A stretch of DNA of 64,000 bases from Gammaproteobacteria bacterium (GCA_024234955.1 JACKNK010000001.1:212835-276834); one strand, 5' to 3'. Positions 37,380 to 47,459 are shown, numbered from the stretch's first letter. The notes: generated from the sequence alone by a model not told the origin. Program-made: numbers and translations.

Positions 37380-39602
37380 TTACGCCACCAACTGCTTGGC
37401 GAGTGCCACCTCGATCGAGTCGCCTTCCGGATTCAAGGCCTCCAGCCCTGTCTCCGGAATGTCCCCCGATGTGCTCTGCGATACCGCGATCTTCTGAGCC
37501 ATCAGCGCTAGGCACGCCTCCTGTGCCGTCCCGGCATAGCCCATGAAGATCACCCGAACAGGTTCCGTCTGTCCGATACGCCAGCTGCGCCGTGCCGCCT
37601 GCTGAACCGTGTACACGTTGTAACCGGTCTGCAGGAACACCACGGTCGGAAACTGGAGCAGGTCCAGGCCCGTCTTCACGAGCTCCGGATTACAGATCAG
37701 GACATCAATGCCCCGGTCCACCTGTTCCAGAATCCAGTCCTCGCGCTTCTCGGTCGAAACCGATGACTTGAGAACCGCTGCCGTCAGGCCCGCCTCGCTG
37801 AGCTGTCGCTTCAGCCGGGTGGTGGTATCTCGGGTACCGGTGTACGTCGTGTACACCAACACCCGCCGCCCGTTGGCTTTCTCCTCGCGGCACAGATCGA
37901 TCAACGCTTCTTCCTTGGGCGTCGGTGTCGCGTCGTCGAAGAGGGCCGGAGCCTTCGCCAAGATCTGCCGCGTGTGCGGATGCTTGACGACTTCCTCTCG
38001 GAAGCAGGTGTCCGGCCAGGCCAACAGCGCGTTCAGGACCACACCCATTAGGCTGTGGTCGCCGGCGCGCAGCGCGTCGTTGAGGTGTGCCTTCAGCGTC
38101 ACGGCGAGCGACGAATAGACGGTCTCCTGGGCCGGCGTCATGTCGAGTTGCTCAAGCTCCTCGTCATACGCCGGCAGGACATCGCCGCCGATCTCCTTCA
38201 GCTTCAGGAACACGGTGATCGGCAGGACCATCCGGACGATGCCGGCGGGTCCGAAGCCCGGTGCCTTCTGCGTGCGCACCGTGATCTTCTTGCCGCGTGA
38301 CGTCTTGTGATCGCCGTTGTTGACCTCGGTGTAGATGTCCTTCAGCACACCATGGGTGCGCATGAAAGCCATCTGAGCCGGTCCCAGGCTGCCCCGATCG
38401 TTGGCACGGAACCCTTCCGCGATCATGCGGCCGGGGTCCATACGCCAGAGCAGGTAGAACAGGTCATCCGCGTAGCCACCCATCAGGGTGCCCGTCAGCA
38501 TCAGAACCTTGCTCGCCTGAGACGCGACGACGCCGAAGGCCTCGCCCTGGGCGGATTGGTTCTTGTACTCGTGACCTTCGTCCACGATGCACAAGCCAAA
38601 CACTCCGCGCAGGTGCCGTTTGATGAACTCGCTGGCCTGGAAGCCACCCTGTCCGAACGAGATTTCCGTTCGGGCCAGGGCGCGCTCCATGCGCAGGGCT
38701 CGCCGGTCGTTGAAGACCAGGTCGCCGTCCTCGTCCATCAGGTTCAGGAAGCCGTAGACGTTGTCCTCCAACATCGTGGCCAGCATGTCTTCGCCAAAGG
38801 CATCGAGCAGCTGACCCGCCGTCTTCGGACCCACGGTCGGTAACGAACACATGGCCTCCTTGACCATGTCGGCACGGGACTTCGAGGCGCCGTCCTGGCG
38901 CTTCAAGGTCCACAACGGTTCATGGCAGGACTGGCATTGCAGCCGTCGATCAGTGGGCACGAACTCCAGCGTCATCGGGTCGTTGTTGTCCAGCTTCTGC
39001 GGCGCACCGCAGCTCGGACAGCACACAACCGGATTCCGCCACCGGGTACCGCCAACGACGCGAGTCGTTACCGGTGCCGGTCGCCAATGGAAGCCGAGCC
39101 GCATCCGGACCCGCCCGAGCACGTAGAAGGTCGGACGGTCGCACGAGGCACCCGCACGCACTTCCGCGCGCAGCCGCAACAGCTTCGCCAGGGTGTCCGG
39201 TCCATTTAGAACCTCCACCCGGGCGCCCGGAACGGTTTCGAGGATCTCGCGCCGCCACTTGTAGACCAGGTGGGGCGGAGAGAGCACCAAGGTGCGGCGA
39301 TAGCCCTCGGCGTGCATCACTGCCGCCGTACAGATGGCCATCATCGTCTTGCCGGTACCCATCTCGGCGTTGATCACGGCGGCACGCTGGTTTTCGTCGA
39401 CCAGGAGCCTTGTTACCGCCTGAACCCGATCCCGCTGAGGCGGGAACGGCTGACGGGAGAGCGCATCGAGGACGCGATCCCGGTCAGGGGCGGTGTGGCC
39501 GTCGAAGATCGGCGGCATTTCCCGGCGCACGGCCTCCAGGAGCCCGGAGCCGAACTCGTTGACGAAGACCTGCAGGGGAATGGGTTGAGCTTGAGTAGTC
39601 AT
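37380..39602 (-). CDS. SNF2-family DNA helicase.
   Basis: 740 aa with a Walker A motif (AEMGTGKTMM), a DEGH box (IVDEGHEYKN) and a Cys cluster. Confidence 0.85.
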   Translation of the reverse strand: MTTQAQPIPLQVFVNEFGSGLLEAVRREMPPIFDGHTAPDRDRVLDALSRQPFPPQRDRVQAVTRLLVDENQRAAVINAEMGTGKTMMAICTAAVMHAEGYRRTLVLSPPHLVYKWRREILETVPGARVEVLNGPDTLAKLLRLRAEVRAGASCDRPTFYVLGRVRMRLGFHWRPAPVTTRVVGGTRWRNPVVCCPSCGAPQKLDNNDPMTLEFVPTDRRLQCQSCHEPLWTLKRQDGASKSRADMVKEAMCSLPTVGPKTAGQLLDAFGEDMLATMLEDNVYGFLNLMDEDGDLVFNDRRALRMERALARTEISFGQGGFQASEFIKRHLRGVFGLCIVDEGHEYKNQSAQGEAFGVVASQASKVLMLTGTLMGGYADDLFYLLWRMDPGRMIAEGFRANDRGSLGPAQMAFMRTHGVLKDIYTEVNNGDHKTSRGKKITVRTQKAPGFGPAGIVRMVLPITVFLKLKEIGGDVLPAYDEELEQLDMTPAQETVYSSLAVTLKAHLNDALRAGDHSLMGVVLNALLAWPDTCFREEVVKHPHTRQILAKAPALFDDATPTPKEEALIDLCREEKANGRRVLVYTTYTGTRDTTTRLKRQLSEAGLTAAVLKSSVSTEKREDWILEQVDRGIDVLICNPELVKTGLDLLQFPTVVFLQTGYNVYTVQQAARRSWRIGQTEPVRVIFMGYAGTAQEACLALMAQKIAVSQSTSGDIPETGLEALNPEGDSIEVALAKQLVA

Positions 39603-39690
39603 GTCATGTCCTCATGGGAAGAGGGCAGACCGACCCCTCACGGGGCCGGAATGCCCCGTGGGGTTAAGTAGAAAGTGCTGAGTCAGAGAC

Positions 39691-40791
39691 TCACTTGATG
39701 GTCAGAACGTCACCGTAGGTTTGGCTACCCGGCGTGACATCGATGGCGCGAATGACCGGCACGAACTTGTCGGTACGGATTCGCGTTTCACGGACATTGC
39801 CCTTGCTGTCGGTCTCGTTGACCACCAGCTCGTCTTTGTCCTTGAAGGTCGCCCCTTTGACGATGAAGACCTTGCCGGTCTCCGATCGCACCGTGCCGGC
39901 AATCTCACCGGCCGCGAGGGCCAGAGCGAGGTGCCATTGGGATAGGGGCATCAGTGGACGCCGGCGAGGACGGCCCGAGGTCGCGAAGTGCGTCTCGAAC
40001 TGGCCCCACAGGCCCGTGGTGGGCTTCAGGACGTCGGCAAGCTGCGCCTGGTCCATACGGGAGGTGAAGAACCGCACGTCGCCCTCCGGGGCGGTGGGTA
40101 CGGCGTAGGTGATCGGCAGCTCCTCATCGAGCGCCGGCAGCTCCTGGACGTCGCCCTCACGGGCAGCGAGCAGTTGCTTGACGATCGCCGACTTGCCGGA
40201 CCCGGAAGCCCGGCGCCGGACACCCATCACCACCAGCTGGCGATAGGTGCGATCCACGGCACGGAACACCGTGACATCCTCGAAGTGAGAGCCGATCCAG
40301 CCGGACAGCTCCGCATCGAGGACGTTGCTCGGTACGAGCAGGACCATGACCCCGCCGAACTGAAGGAGGGGATTGGTCTTCTCGTAGAACACCTTCTCCA
40401 GGCGTTTACCCCTGGAGTTGGGGCCGCTGGTGAGCATGGCCTTGTCGGCCACGCCATCGCCGTAGGGAGGGTTCAGCCAGAGCAGGCCGAACTTCCGTTT
40501 GTCGATCGAGCAATCCGCCAGGTCGGCGTGGATGGCCACGTCGAGCATCTTCTTCGCGTGCCAGGCACGTTCCGAGTCGTACTCGACCGCCATTGCGGTG
40601 GTGAGATCGGCGCCGAGTCGATGCTTGCACTCGGCCAGGGCGACGCCCTCGCCGGCACACGGATCGAGGATCCGCATCGGCCCGTCACTGGGTTGAAGGA
40701 AACGAAGCACCCGCTCAAGGGTGGCTTCGTCGGTGGGGTAGTAACCGTTCTTGGCGAAGTTGCGCGCGATACGGGGAAACATCAGAGCCAT
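39691..40791 (-). CDS. Orphan N6-adenine DNA methyltransferase-like protein (class I SAM MTase with an NPPY motif).
   Basis: It has the motif LLWLNPPYGDG. Confidence 0.65.
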   Translation of the reverse strand: MALMFPRIARNFAKNGYYPTDEATLERVLRFLQPSDGPMRILDPCAGEGVALAECKHRLGADLTTAMAVEYDSERAWHAKKMLDVAIHADLADCSIDKRKFGLLWLNPPYGDGVADKAMLTSGPNSRGKRLEKVFYEKTNPLLQFGGVMVLLVPSNVLDAELSGWIGSHFEDVTVFRAVDRTYRQLVVMGVRRRASGSGKSAIVKQLLAAREGDVQELPALDEELPITYAVPTAPEGDVRFFTSRMDQAQLADVLKPTTGLWGQFETHFATSGRPRRRPLMPLSQWHLALALAAGEIAGTVRSETGKVFIVKGATFKDKDELVVNETDSKGNVRETRIRTDKFVPVIRAIDVTPGSQTYGDVLTIK

Positions 40792-40802
40792 ATCGCACCC
40801 CC

Positions 40803-41390
40803 TTACGCCGCAATCGGCAGTTGGAAGTCACGGATCATTCCGCCGACCAGGTCGTCGACCTCGTCGTCGGGCAGGTGCAGCCAGGTGCCATGAACACCGA
40901 TACCGCGACGCGATTCGATCCAGCCCCGTTCCTCGAAGACCGGCAGGATGTGATCCCGCCAGTCATCGAGCAGCGGTATCGCGGCCAGCTCGCGAACGGT
41001 CGCCCAGATGCGGTCGGACAGACTTACGTCTTCCGATCGACTCAGAACCACCGCCTTGCGGTTGCCGAGATCCGGTTTGAGCACCTTCTGATCGAAGATG
41101 AACAGGTGAACCAGCTCACCGAACAAGGTGCCCGGCACGCGGCCGTTCAGCTTGTCGAGCCGGCGAGCATCGCCGACCAACGCCTCGAAGGAATGCTCCC
41201 CCTCGAAATGCAGCGAGTCGATGCTGTCCTGTTCGTTGGGACCGAGTGTCATGCGGCCCAGGAGCTCCTGGATGCCGGTGTCCCGACCCCAGATGGACGC
41301 CATGGTGAGATACCCCTTGCTGTCGACCAGAACGGCGTCGGCGAAGAGGCTGTGGACTTCGCTGATGCGAAGGATGGATTGAGGTTGCAT
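40803..41390 (-). CDS. Conserved ICE hypothetical protein.
   Basis: The start is taken at MQPQSILRI. It is part of a co-directional backbone gene block. Confidence 0.4.
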   Translation of the reverse strand: MQPQSILRISEVHSLFADAVLVDSKGYLTMASIWGRDTGIQELLGRMTLGPNEQDSIDSLHFEGEHSFEALVGDARRLDKLNGRVPGTLFGELVHLFIFDQKVLKPDLGNRKAVVLSRSEDVSLSDRIWATVRELAAIPLLDDWRDHILPVFEERGWIESRRGIGVHGTWLHLPDDEVDDLVGGMIRDFQLPIAA

Positions 41391-41470
41391 GAGGTGTACT
41401 CCGTAAAAAAACGCGGGGCACACCCCTTGCGGGACGTGCCCCGCGAGGGTGGTGATGAAAAGCCGGTTGG

Positions 41471-42085
41471 TCAGGCCGCTTTGCGGTATTCCCACTGCTG
41501 TTCGGTGAAGTTGAAGCGGTAGCCGAGTTCCTTGAGACGGCTGGTCTGATGACGGAATCGCTGCCGGTCGATGGTCGGGTCGAGCCGGATGACATCGGCC
41601 AGGGCCTCGACGTCTGGGTAGATCGTGGCGCCGAAGAGTGATTCGTCGTCGGATTGCGTTTGCCCACCGACCGGTTCGCTGTCCGGCTTATGGGGTTTGG
41701 TGGTGGTCTCCGAAGATTCGGATTTCGCTTTGGCTTTGGCTTCGATCGACGTGACCTCAGCCTTGGCAACGGACGCCTGCGGCGGTTCCTCGATGGGATC
41801 CATTTCCACGGGCGGTTCGTCGACGACATCCTCGTCCTTGGTGTTGATCACCATGAACGCGAGGAATGCCCGCATTTCGACGACCAGGCGGCCATCCGTG
41901 AAGTAGGAACGCGGAGCAACCTCGGTAATACCAAAGTCGCCTTCGTACTCACCGGCGTCGTACTGATCCAGCTCGGGATCCTTGACGACGAATTTGCCGA
42001 TGGAAGTGGACAGAGTGCCGACGGCGAACTCGCCGTTACGGCCATTGATGCGCCGCACGCGCAAAGAGCCTTCAGTCTTGAACAT
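41471..42085 (-). CDS. DUF3275-like ICE protein with an acidic, Lys/Ala/Glu-rich C-terminus.
   Basis: The start is taken at MFKTEGSL. The composition is typical of this family. Confidence 0.4.
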   Translation of the reverse strand: MFKTEGSLRVRRINGRNGEFAVGTLSTSIGKFVVKDPELDQYDAGEYEGDFGITEVAPRSYFTDGRLVVEMRAFLAFMVINTKDEDVVDEPPVEMDPIEEPPQASVAKAEVTSIEAKAKAKSESSETTTKPHKPDSEPVGGQTQSDDESLFGATIYPDVEALADVIRLDPTIDRQRFRHQTSRLKELGYRFNFTEQQWEYRKAA

Positions 42086-42116
42086 GATCAGTCTCCTGAT
42101 GGGTGGTTGATTAGCG

Positions 42117-42572
42117 TTAGAGCAGGCCGCGTTCCGCGAACGAAACGGGTTCGTCCGCACCGACGACCAGGTGGTCGAGAGTGCGGACATCGACGAGGGA
42201 CAGCGCCTCTTTGAGACGCCGGGTGATGGCCATATCCGCACCGCTGGGTTCAGCGACGCCGGACGGGTGGTTATGCAAAAAGATGACGGCGGCCGCGTTC
42301 AGTTCGAGAGCGCGGCACACGACAACGCGGGGATGGACGGAGGCACCGTCGATGGTGCCGGTGAACAGTTCCTCGAAGGCAATCAGGCGCTGCCGAACGT
42401 CGAGGAAGTAACAGGCAAAGACCTCGAACGGACGTTCGGAGAGTGCCAGCCTGGCGTGGGCTTTTACCGATTCAGGCGAACTGAATTCGGCGGCGTCACA
42501 ACGAGATGCCATGCGCCGTTCGAGGATTGAGATCGCACGGGCAATGACGAGGGTTTCGGAATCGAATTTCAT
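42117..42572 (-). CDS. radC: RadC-family JAB/MPN-domain protein.
   Basis: It has the HNHPSG JAMM motif, and [15 protein letters not shown] is typical of RadC. Confidence 0.85.
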   Translation of the reverse strand: MKFDSETLVIARAISILERRMASRCDAAEFSSPESVKAHARLALSERPFEVFACYFLDVRQRLIAFEELFTGTIDGASVHPRVVVCRALELNAAAVIFLHNHPSGVAEPSGADMAITRRLKEALSLVDVRTLDHLVVGADEPVSFAERGLL

Positions 42573-42897
42573 GAGGCGTGTCTCCAGAAGTAGGGGAGAC
42601 AGCGCCCCAATCCGGGGACGTGTCCCCGTTGGGATGAAGCAAGAGCCCCCTGACCGAAGTCAGCGCACCGTGAAGGGCTCGAAGCGGTGCAGAAGTCGCG
42701 GAGACCGCGACGAAAACCTTGCCTGGTCACCCTCAGCGAGGATGACCAGGCAAGGCCCCGGTCAACCGGGGCAATGCTGAGTCAGCGTTTGTTGCGATGG
42801 TGTTCCTGGCGGTATGCAACGAAGCCCAGCAGGGCCACGAAAACCGCGATGAACGTGACCGCGACGGTCACAGGGTGAGTGATGAACTCGATCATGG

Positions 42898-43092
42898 TCA
42901 TGGCCGTTGATCCTCCTTATGCACAGAGGATAGCCCGGACAACCAGACGACCGCACCGATGAACATCGAGTACAGCGCGGTGGGTGTCGGAGCCTCATCC
43001 AGGATCAAACCGATCAAACCGGCCAACAACAGACCGATCCCCAGATTGCGGAGATCCGCCTTGAAGGCCGTGGTGTCGATGGTGAACGTCAT
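42898..43092 (-). CDS. Small membrane protein.
   Basis: 64 aa with two hydrophobic helices. Confidence 0.3.
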   Translation of the reverse strand: MTFTIDTTAFKADLRNLGIGLLLAGLIGLILDEAPTPTALYSMFIGAVVWLSGLSSVHKEDQRP

Positions 43093-43168
43093 AGGGTTCT
43101 CCTTGGAACAGGAGAAACGACCCCAGGGGATGGTTTCCCCTGGTGGGTGGTTGAATTGGTGTGACGTA

Positions 43169-43486
43169 TCAGTCGCGGGCGCGGCGAGGCTTTTCCAAGC
43201 CCCAATCCTTGATCATCTGTTCCCAGATCTGTCCGCCGTTCTTGAAGTACCGATGCACTTCCTGAACCGGCGAATGATCGAGACGCAGGACGTTGATGAC
43301 GTGCTCGAGCAAATCGGTGTCGAGCAGGCGGAGGTCGGTCAGATCGACCTTGAATCGGTAGCCGTTGTAGCAACTGGCCAACACGGTCGCGATGACACGT
43401 GCCTGACCGGTGTCGCTCTGCGTGGCGATGCGAAGCAATTTCTCCAACGACGCAACTTGGTCGGTTCGAGTGGATTCGTTCATCGT
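43169..43486 (-). CDS. Conserved small ICE hypothetical protein.
   Basis: The start is taken at MNESTRTDQ. The longer listed ORF has an implausible N-terminus. Confidence 0.4.
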   Translation of the reverse strand, partial: TMNESTRTDQVASLEKLLRIATQSDTGQARVIATVLASCYNGYRFKVDLTDLRLLDTDLLEHVINVLRLDHSPVQEVHRYFKNGGQIWEQMIKDWGLEKPRRARD

Positions 43487-43677
43487 GAGTGTCCTCCAAG
43501 TGAGCGAGGAACACACCCCGCAGGGAGATATTCCCCGCGATGGGTAAGACGCCCCGGGAAAACCCCGGGGCGTGTGATCAGACGAGTCCGAAGAGCAGAC
43601 CCAGAACCGCCAGCGCCAGGCCGCCGGAAGGGCGACCTGATGCCGAACGGTTGCGGTCCTGGTGATCGGCAAGCGGC

Positions 43678-44367
43678 TTACGCGGCTTGACGGATCCAGG
43701 CGCCGAGTTCGCGATCCCAACGGAAGCCGTGGTCACGCAGAAATCGACGCTTGTCGTCGAACTTCGGATCGGCCTTGTCGAGCTTTTCCACGTCTTCCAG
43801 CGACCGGTCGAACGGGGAATCCGCACCAGCGGAATCACCTTCGTCGGCAGCGGTTTCGGTCCGAGTCGGCTCGGCGGAGGCCTTCGCGTCGTCATCGGAA
43901 TCCGTCTCGGTATCGGTGTCACCGTCATCGGTGGAATTCACCTCGCCGTAGACGAGTTCGTCGTTTACAAAAAGCCACATCACCTCGAACAGACGCCCCT
44001 TGATCACCAGCTTCGGCTTGTCAGCCTCTTTGCCGGGGATCGCATACGGGTACGAATCGCCGATCTTGAAGCCGAGCTTCACTCTCGGGCGATCTTTCGC
44101 GTCGTAATCGAAGTTGTACTTCGCCATCAGCCCCTTGATCAGATCGATCAGCTCCGGGGTCACGACCTTGCAGTCGTAGGCGGTGGAGTTGTAGCGGACA
44201 TGGCCGGACTTGGGATCCTGCTTGGCCTTGCCGCGTTGGGCGGAGATGGAGACCCACAGGGTGGAGTCGCCTTCTTCGGGGGTGAACCAGCGCGGGTAAT
44301 TGAGATAACCCTTACCGGTGGTGACCAGGTTGGCAAAGGTGCCTTCGTTGTTGAGATCAGTGCTCAT
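43678..44367 (-). CDS. DUF3577-like ICE protein. The start is taken at MSTDLNNEG.
   Basis: It has an acidic D/E/T-rich C-terminal tail and lies in a conserved position next to csrA. Confidence 0.45.
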   Translation of the reverse strand: MSTDLNNEGTFANLVTTGKGYLNYPRWFTPEEGDSTLWVSISAQRGKAKQDPKSGHVRYNSTAYDCKVVTPELIDLIKGLMAKYNFDYDAKDRPRVKLGFKIGDSYPYAIPGKEADKPKLVIKGRLFEVMWLFVNDELVYGEVNSTDDGDTDTETDSDDDAKASAEPTRTETAADEGDSAGADSPFDRSLEDVEKLDKADPKFDDKRRFLRDHGFRWDRELGAWIRQAA

Positions 44368-44583
44368 TGGGGTTTCCTCCAGAGGAAATGAAACCGAGAG
44401 ACACACCGATCTCCCATCCGGGAAGGCGTGTTCCCGGTGGGATTGACGTTGAGAAGTGGGACTCATCGATCGCTGGGAGCGGTCGATCGCGACGTTACGG
44501 AGTCCGAGGCGTCGCTTTAGTCGGCCTACCGAAGCAGGCACGAAACTGATTCGGACCCTAGATCAGGTCCGAAGAACAGGCAG

Positions 44584-44628
44584 AAAAAAGCCGGCGCAGC
44601 CTGTCAGGCATTTTCGCGCCGGCGATCA
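44584..44628 (-). terminator. Rho-independent terminator downstream of csrA: stem gccggcgc/gcgccggc followed by a T6 run on the minus strand.
   Basis: Read from the sequence. Confidence 0.5.
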
Positions 44629-44655
44629 GAAACCCACGGAGGGGCGATGAGGTGC

Positions 44656-44856
44656 TCAAGCGGCGTTGGACTCCCCATCACCGGCACCGGCCTGCTCACT
44701 CTTGATGCGCTCGTAGATCTCCTCACGGTGCACCGCGACGTCGCGAGGGGCGTCGATACCAATGCGCACCTGATTGCCCACCACTGCCAACACGGTGACC
44801 GAAACGTCGTCACCGATCATCAGTGTTTCACCAACGCGACGCGTAAGGATCAGCAC
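44656..44856 (-). CDS. csrA: CsrA/RsmA-family carbon storage regulator, the ICE-borne copy.
   Basis: [51 protein letters not shown] is near-identical to the CsrA consensus. Confidence 0.9.
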   Translation of the reverse strand: MLILTRRVGETLMIGDDVSVTVLAVVGNQVRIGIDAPRDVAVHREEIYERIKSEQAGAGDGESNAA

Positions 44857-45143
44857 GGCTTGACCTCCTTCACGCGCTCTTTGAGCGCCTGACCCGGCTT
44901 GAAGCCGATGGAAGTGCGCGCCGGCGCCGTCTGCATCTCGCCGGTTCGCGGATTGCGTACCTGCCGCGCATCACGGGCTCGGAGCTGGAACGTGCCGAAG
45001 TCACGGATCTGCACACTGTGACCCTGCGCGAGTGCGTCGCTGATCGCCTCGATGACGGCATCGACCGCGTCACCGGCAGCCTTGTTGGACATGCTCAAGT
45101 TGTCGGCGACGGCTTCCACCAGGTCGCGCTTAATCTTACTCAT
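44850..45143 (-). CDS. HU/IHF-family DNA-binding protein.
   Basis: It has the motif [22 protein letters not shown]...GFKPG. Confidence 0.85.
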   Translation of the reverse strand: MSKIKRDLVEAVADNLSMSNKAAGDAVDAVIEAISDALAQGHSVQIRDFGTFQLRARDARQVRNPRTGEMQTAPARTSIGFKPGQALKERVKEVKPC

Positions 45144-45516
45144 CGGTCTTCTCCTTCAGAAAGGTCACATCCTTCACCGCGATGGTGTCGAGTGCAACGT
45201 GCGACACGTTCATCGCCATGCCACGCTGTTCATTCTGACCTTCATCCTTCCAGGCGTCCTGCCGAAGTGAACCGATGACGATCACGGGCTGGCCTTTGCG
45301 AAGCAGGGCGGTCAGACGATCAGCGAAGTCCGGGTTCCTGGTCCACCGCGTGCAACCGAGCCAGAAGCCGCCCTGGTCCTTGTACCCACCGCTGCCATCC
45401 GGCACGCGGTTCTCGACGAACACGCGGAAATTGATCGCGTAGCGTTCGCCCTCGGGAGTGGAAGCAGTACGGCGCACCGCGTCCGCACCGAGGTTTCCAT
45501 TCTGGGTGATCTCCAT
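45136..45516 (-). CDS. ssb: Single-stranded DNA-binding protein. The start is taken at MEITQNGNL.
   Basis: It has the OB-fold SSB pattern (NLGADAVRR...RYAINFRVFVENR...GFWLGCTRW). Confidence 0.8.
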   Translation of the reverse strand: MEITQNGNLGADAVRRTASTPEGERYAINFRVFVENRVPDGSGGYKDQGGFWLGCTRWTRNPDFADRLTALLRKGQPVIVIGSLRQDAWKDEGQNEQRGMAMNVSHVALDTIAVKDVTFLKEKTDE

Positions 45517-45628
45517 AAACGTCTCTCCAATGAGCCGAACCAAGGTTCAGCGGTTGATTCACATCGGCGACTGCCGACGCTGGAGGACGCTAACACCGGC
45601 GGTTACGACACCCGCCGTAAACGCTGAT

Positions 45629-46057
45629 TCAGAACGGCACGTCATTTCCCACTGATTCACGGAGCCGTGTGACGTGTCCGCGCTGATCCAGCCACTTGGA
45701 CACACGCTGCAGTTCGTACAGGGCCACCGCCAGCTGGTGATTCAAATCCTGCCGTCGTACCTCGAACTCCACCCATACCGGCCACGCAAGTTCCGGCAGT
45801 TGCTGCCGGACCGCCTGGCCGTCGGTGTCCCACAGCTCGAAGCGAGGATTGTTGCCGCCGGATAGCCGCCACCGCATGGCGGTCAATGAGCCATCCGGAT
45901 TCATGGCCAGGTAAGCCGGTCGACGGCCACGAGGAAATTGCCGATTGAACTCGTCAATCATCGAATGGGCTTCCAGGTTGAGTGCCTCAACCCGCTGAGC
46001 CAACTCCTGGCGCAGTTTCCGTTGCGCTGCCACCGTGTACGAATGACTCACAGCCAC
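45629..46057 (-). CDS. Conserved ICE hypothetical protein.
   Basis: 142 aa. Its promoter region carries repeats (see the next entry). Confidence 0.4.
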   Translation of the reverse strand: MAVSHSYTVAAQRKLRQELAQRVEALNLEAHSMIDEFNRQFPRGRRPAYLAMNPDGSLTAMRWRLSGGNNPRFELWDTDGQAVRQQLPELAWPVWVEFEVRRQDLNHQLAVALYELQRVSKWLDQRGHVTRLRESVGNDVPF

Positions 46058-46243
46058 CCTTCCCTTAAAAGGCCCTTTCAGGAACCGTCACCCAAAGCCT
46101 GCCAAGGACCGTCAGTAAACGGAAGGGCAGGGACCGTCAGTGAGAATGCGGCACGGCTGCTGGTAGGACGGCATAAAAGTGTGGGTCATGATCGCCCGAT
46201 TACACGGCTCTTACCGGCGCCATATTTCAGTCCTGAGCGGGAG

Positions 46244-46268
46244 CGAAAGCTTTAAACCACTGGTTTAA
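46244..46268. promoter_or_regulatory. Perfect 23-bp palindrome, gctttaaacca-c-tggtttaaagc, an operator-like site. Three gRaccgtca motifs lie upstream at ~46100-46170.
   Basis: Read from the sequence, in the intergenic region upstream of the 142-aa gene. Confidence 0.5.
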
Positions 46269-46317
46269 AGCGTTTGGCACGATCTTTGAGACACGGCGAG
46301 CGGATCACCCGTGCCGA

Positions 46318-47130
46318 CTACTGAGCCACCTCCTCATCCGCCGGCTCATCCACCTCGCCGTCGACCTTGAAGTCCATGTCGGAATTCGTCTCGGTGTCCC
46401 GCTCATGTTGAGCCATGGCCATGCCACGGTTAAACACCGGCAGCCGTGGAGGAGCGAAGGGCGCAACGACGGTGCCGGTCAGAATCTCGGATGGAATCTC
46501 GCCATACTTCTCCACTGCCTCACGCGCTCGCTTGGTGTTGTGCTCGAAGTCCGCGTGGGACACACCGGTGAATCGATAGCCCTGCGTCAAGATGAACGCA
46601 TGCCGCACTGCCGAGCTCGCCTCGCCGATCAGGCGATGCGCGCGTTCACGTTCCAGGAAGCCGATATGGGCCAGCGTGCGTACCGTGCGCACATAAGTGT
46701 CGAGATCCTGCAACAGATAGGCGCAACGGAACCCATACGGGTTGTTGAAGCGCAGCGTGATGGTCGCTGGGCGTCTCGTGATACCGGGCTCCGCAGTGAC
46801 ACCCGGCCGCGATGCCATCAGCTTGCGACCGCCTTCAAGCAATTTGGACAGGTACTCGGCTTTCTCGGTCAGGGACTCATGAACCCGTACCAGCATCCAG
46901 TCGGCATACGGATCGCCATCGCGATAGCCGGCAAGGATGTTACGCAGCGCGGCGCCCGCCTGGCGTAGGCCGATGATCCCGTGCTTGCCGGTGTCGTCAT
47001 CGCGCCGGCGACCGTCGACCAACATGAACGCGGTGCGGGTATGCACCACCATCGTGGTCTCGGATACCAGTCCACCGGGCGGATTGTCTGAATGCGGGGC
47101 AACGCCCGCCGTTGCTTGAGGCTCGGTCAT
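46318..47130 (-). CDS. ICE protein, PFL_4669-family-like (TIGR03761/DUF1845-like).
   Basis: 270 aa with an acidic C-terminus. It lies in a conserved backbone position next to the putative origin region. Confidence 0.4.
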   Translation of the reverse strand: MTEPQATAGVAPHSDNPPGGLVSETTMVVHTRTAFMLVDGRRRDDDTGKHGIIGLRQAGAALRNILAGYRDGDPYADWMLVRVHESLTEKAEYLSKLLEGGRKLMASRPGVTAEPGITRRPATITLRFNNPYGFRCAYLLQDLDTYVRTVRTLAHIGFLERERAHRLIGEASSAVRHAFILTQGYRFTGVSHADFEHNTKRAREAVEKYGEIPSEILTGTVVAPFAPPRLPVFNRGMAMAQHERDTETNSDMDFKVDGEVDEPADEEVAQ

Positions 47131-47459
47131 GGCTCAGCTCTTGGTGTGGATGTAGAGCCGGGAACGTACCGATGCGATCAGGAGACACGCGTAAAAGCCC
47201 GTAGTACGGGCTACGCGATTAATTCAAACGAATGCAGGACGGGAGCGTTAGGCGCGCTTGGAGCGCGCCCTGGTGGCGACAAGGATGTCGCCCCTACCTG
47301 GACTCAGCACAGGGATGCGTGCGTGACCAGATCGGAACGGGGTTCGGTCACGGCGCCGAGGTCCGATGCAGCCCGAACCTGACACCCTTCAAAACCATAC
47401 GGCCTGTTGGTTCACGATGACCTGGCAGGAAACACGCCAACGGTACTTATCAGTTGGGA

